Made by a program: the position numbers and the translations under genes
Notes under the pieces: generated by a model
Seen by the model: the letters and a program-made list of their open reading frames with translations, nothing else
Database searches by the model: none
What the model was told of the DNA's origin: nothing
Assembly (NCBI GenBank): GCA_016710095.1
Contig: JADJLL010000013.1
Location: forward strand, 6,458 to 70,457
Length of the DNA: 64,000 nucleotides
Origin: Candidatus Eiseniibacteriota bacterium
GTDB taxonomy: Bacteria; Eisenbacteria; RBG-16-71-46
Reading direction: 5' to 3'
Shown here: positions 61,634 through 64,000 of the stretch, in pieces
Layout of the letters: each line of letters opens with the position of its first letter
Position numbering within the stretch: the stretch's first letter is position 1

Positions 61634-64000
61634 ATGCGCCGCCTGCTCGCCCTGCTGTCCTTCCTGCTCTTCGCCACCGTGGCCCACGCGCAGTGCCCCA
61701 ACCTCTACGCCGGCGGGTTCGGCACGCCCGGAACCGGCGTCGGGGAGTTCAACAGCCCGCAGCGCATCACCACCGACCGCTCGTGCAACCGCTACGTCGT
61801 GGATACCGGCAATCACCGAATCCAGAAGTTCGCCGCCAGCGGCGCGTGGGTCGCCTCGTTCGGCACGCTCGGCTCGGCGTTCGGCCAGTTCAACAACCCG
61901 CGCGGCGCCGCGGTGGATTCACTCGGCAACATCTACGTGGTGGACACGAACAACAATCGCATCCAGAAGTTCAACTCCGCGTTCGTGTGGCAGTGGTCCA
62001 CCGGAACGCTCGGCGCCGGCGCCGGCCAGTTGAACGGCGCGCAGGGCATCGCGGTCGATCCGACGGGCACGTATCTCTACGTCGCCGAGTACACGAACAA
62101 CCGCATTTCGAAGTTCACGACCGGCGGGCTGTACGTCTCGTCGTGGGCCTCGACGAGCGTGACGGACGTCGCCGTGGACGTCGCGGGCAACGTGTACGCC
62201 ACGTCGTTCACGCTCAACCGCGTCACCAAGTACGGCAGCACGGGCACGGTGCTGACGTTCTGGGGTTCGGCCGGCACGGGTAACGGCCAGCTCAGCCAGC
62301 CGCAGGGTGTCGCGGTGGATCGCTACGGCAACGTGTTCGTCGCCGATGCCGGGAACAAACGCGTCGAGCGGTTCAGCACGACGGGAACCTTCGGCGCGAC
62401 GTTCGGCTCTTCCGGCACGGGCACCGGGCAGTTCTCCGACCTGTTCGGCCTTGCCGTGGACACGACCGGCACGATCCTCGTGCCCGACCCGGCAGCCAAC
62501 CGCGTGAGCAACTGGGCCGCCGTGCCGGTCTCGATCAAACTCTCCAGCACGCCGAACCCCGTTGTGCACGGCGTCGAATGGACGCTGGACGCGCGCGTCG
62601 CGCCCAGCTCGAGCAAGGGAAACGTGCACTTCCGGATCGGCCAGACGGTGGACGGAACCGCGGCGATCGCGTCGGGCGTCGCGACCGTCCACAAGCTGAA
62701 CAACGTGACGGCAGGCAACTACGACTACATCGCGCAGTACGACGGCAGCGCGTTCTGCGGCGGCGCCATGACGGCGTCCTACATGCACGTCGTGTCCAAG
62801 GCAACGCTGTCGCTCGCGCTCACCGCGTCTCTCTACCCCGTCGGCGTCGACCAGAGCACGACGTTTCGAGCGAGCGTGAACGCGCACTCTGGCCTCCTCG
62901 CGACCGGGACCATCCAGTTCGCGGTGAACGGCGTCCCGCAGGGCGCGCCCGTGTCGCTCGTGAACGAGGTCGCGTCGACTTCGATCGTCCGCGCCGTGAG
63001 CGGCAACTGCGTCGTGACGGCGACCTACTCCGGGGACACCAACTACCTCGCCGGCGCCGCGCAGCAGTTCAACCTATCGGTGCTCGCGCGGCAGACCATG
63101 CCCACGCTCGTCCAGGCGGTCGGGGGTGGAGGTTCCCTGCCGGGCCAGCTCGGCACCGTGAAGTCGCTCGCGTTCGACGCCGACGACAATCTTTACGCGG
63201 CGGACACCTACTACAACATCGTGCATGAGTTCCGGCGCAATGGTTCCTTCCTGCGGCGATTCTCGACTTCGGACCTCTTCCTGAGCGGCATCGCCGTGGA
63301 TGCATCCGGGAACCTGTTCGTCGGACACATGTGGCTGCCCATCAAGAAATACTCACCCACGGGCGAAGTGCTCGCGACGTGGACGGGGACGGACGGATTG
63401 TACCCGGGCATGGACGCCATCGCCGTGGGGCAGGACGGCAATGTCTTCATCGTCGATTCACAGAACTCGAAGGTGGACGAATACTCCAGCAGCGGCGTCT
63501 TCGTCGGCGCGCTGTTCGCGTCCGGCGGCGGGGCCGGTACGGTCAGCCAGCCGACTGGCATAGCCATCAACTCGTCGAACAATCGCTACGTGAGCGATCG
63601 CTCGGGGCGCGTCCTGCACGTCGGGCCTTCAGGTGCGATTCCGGGCGAATGGGCTTGCCCGGGACATGTCGCCGGCATCGCCGTGGACCACTGGGACGAT
63701 GTCTGGGTTTCGCTCTACAACGAAAAGAAGATCCAGAAGTTCTCGTACTGGGGCGCGCTCTTGGGCGAAATCTCCACACCCTCGGAGCCGGCCGGCCTGT
63801 CGTTCGACGGCAGCGGCGCGCTGTACGTCGCGATGCCGGTCGATCACGTGATCCGCAAGTACGTCATGGCGCAGATCGTCACCTCCGTGAAGGACGTGCC
63901 CAACGACCAGGGGCGCGCCGTGCGCCTGCGCTTCACGAACCACGGCAGCGACGTCAGCTGGGCGACGCACCCCATCCAGTCCTATCAGGTGTATCGCCAG
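61634..64000 (+). CDS. Secreted NHL-repeat protein with Ig-like domains, partial (runs off the window end)
   Basis: ATG 61634. Signal MRRLLALLSFLLFATVAHA. The ORF is open to position 64000 in frame 2; it is not in the ORF track because no stop is reached. NHRIQKF / NNRIQKF / NNRISKF / NKRVERF NHL repeats, then Ig-like segments, more NHL-like blades, then the VKDVPNDQGRAVRLRF element. Confidence 0.75.
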   Translation, partial: MRRLLALLSFLLFATVAHAQCPNLYAGGFGTPGTGVGEFNSPQRITTDRSCNRYVVDTGNHRIQKFAASGAWVASFGTLGSAFGQFNNPRGAAVDSLGNIYVVDTNNNRIQKFNSAFVWQWSTGTLGAGAGQLNGAQGIAVDPTGTYLYVAEYTNNRISKFTTGGLYVSSWASTSVTDVAVDVAGNVYATSFTLNRVTKYGSTGTVLTFWGSAGTGNGQLSQPQGVAVDRYGNVFVADAGNKRVERFSTTGTFGATFGSSGTGTGQFSDLFGLAVDTTGTILVPDPAANRVSNWAAVPVSIKLSSTPNPVVHGVEWTLDARVAPSSSKGNVHFRIGQTVDGTAAIASGVATVHKLNNVTAGNYDYIAQYDGSAFCGGAMTASYMHVVSKATLSLALTASLYPVGVDQSTTFRASVNAHSGLLATGTIQFAVNGVPQGAPVSLVNEVASTSIVRAVSGNCVVTATYSGDTNYLAGAAQQFNLSVLARQTMPTLVQAVGGGGSLPGQLGTVKSLAFDADDNLYAADTYYNIVHEFRRNGSFLRRFSTSDLFLSGIAVDASGNLFVGHMWLPIKKYSPTGEVLATWTGTDGLYPGMDAIAVGQDGNVFIVDSQNSKVDEYSSSGVFVGALFASGGGAGTVSQPTGIAINSSNNRYVSDRSGRVLHVGPSGAIPGEWACPGHVAGIAVDHWDDVWVSLYNEKKIQKFSYWGALLGEISTPSEPAGLSFDGSGALYVAMPVDHVIRKYVMAQIVTSVKDVPNDQGRAVRLRFTNHGSDVSWATHPIQSYQVYRQ

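Overview
This is a very GC-rich (about 70 %) bacterial chromosomal window with 45-50 genes and no rRNA, tRNA, CRISPR or obvious mobile elements. It does not contain an identifiable recombinase, toxin or defence cassette. The candidates for something new are regulatory and architectural (items 1, 2 and 6 below).

Main content, in window order:
1. A hybrid two-component regulator with periplasmic beta-propeller/Y_Y_Y domains and a C-terminal AraC HTH (4398-8654). Next to it is a 1.26-kb-long secreted NHL-repeat protein carrying Ig-like domains and an SGNH/GDSL esterase domain (418-4209).
2. A minus-strand regulatory island (8661-16673). It consists of a giant Ser/Thr kinase-AAA-TPR-GAF-sigma54-EBP-HTH fusion protein, a small secreted protein preceded by a sigma54-type -24/-12 element, a relic sigma54 AAA+ domain ORF, a PAS histidine kinase and a pseudo-receiver ORF.
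3. At least eight secreted proteins that all end in the same roughly 80-aa C-terminal domain (a FlgD-Ig-like / T9SS-type sorting tail ending in G[VL]YF[AVI]R...). They include NHL, Kelch, delta-60-repeat, GH16 and Fn3 proteins.
4. A carbohydrate-active set: GH16 laminarinase-like gene, sialate-O-acetylesterase family gene, and a TonB-dependent-receptor-like outer-membrane barrel.
5. An ECF sigma / small membrane protein / Kelch propeller module, and a PadR regulator with its membrane partner.
6. A tightly overlapping operon of a P-loop GTPase (COG2403-like), ornithine aminotransferase and ornithine carbamoyltransferase.
7. A complete group-1 [NiFe] uptake-hydrogenase operon of hybOABCD type (small subunit, FeS subunit, NrfD membrane subunit, large subunit, maturation protease). 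A NicO nickel transporter, a Rieske protein and a long SDR epimerase lie on the opposite strand.
8. A 1.75-kb tract of almost pure G/C, including about 270 consecutive G, sits between the hydrogenase operon and an alcohol dehydrogenase gene.

Several genes show single-base frameshifts at G/C homopolymers. This suggests either assembly homopolymer errors or pseudogenisation.
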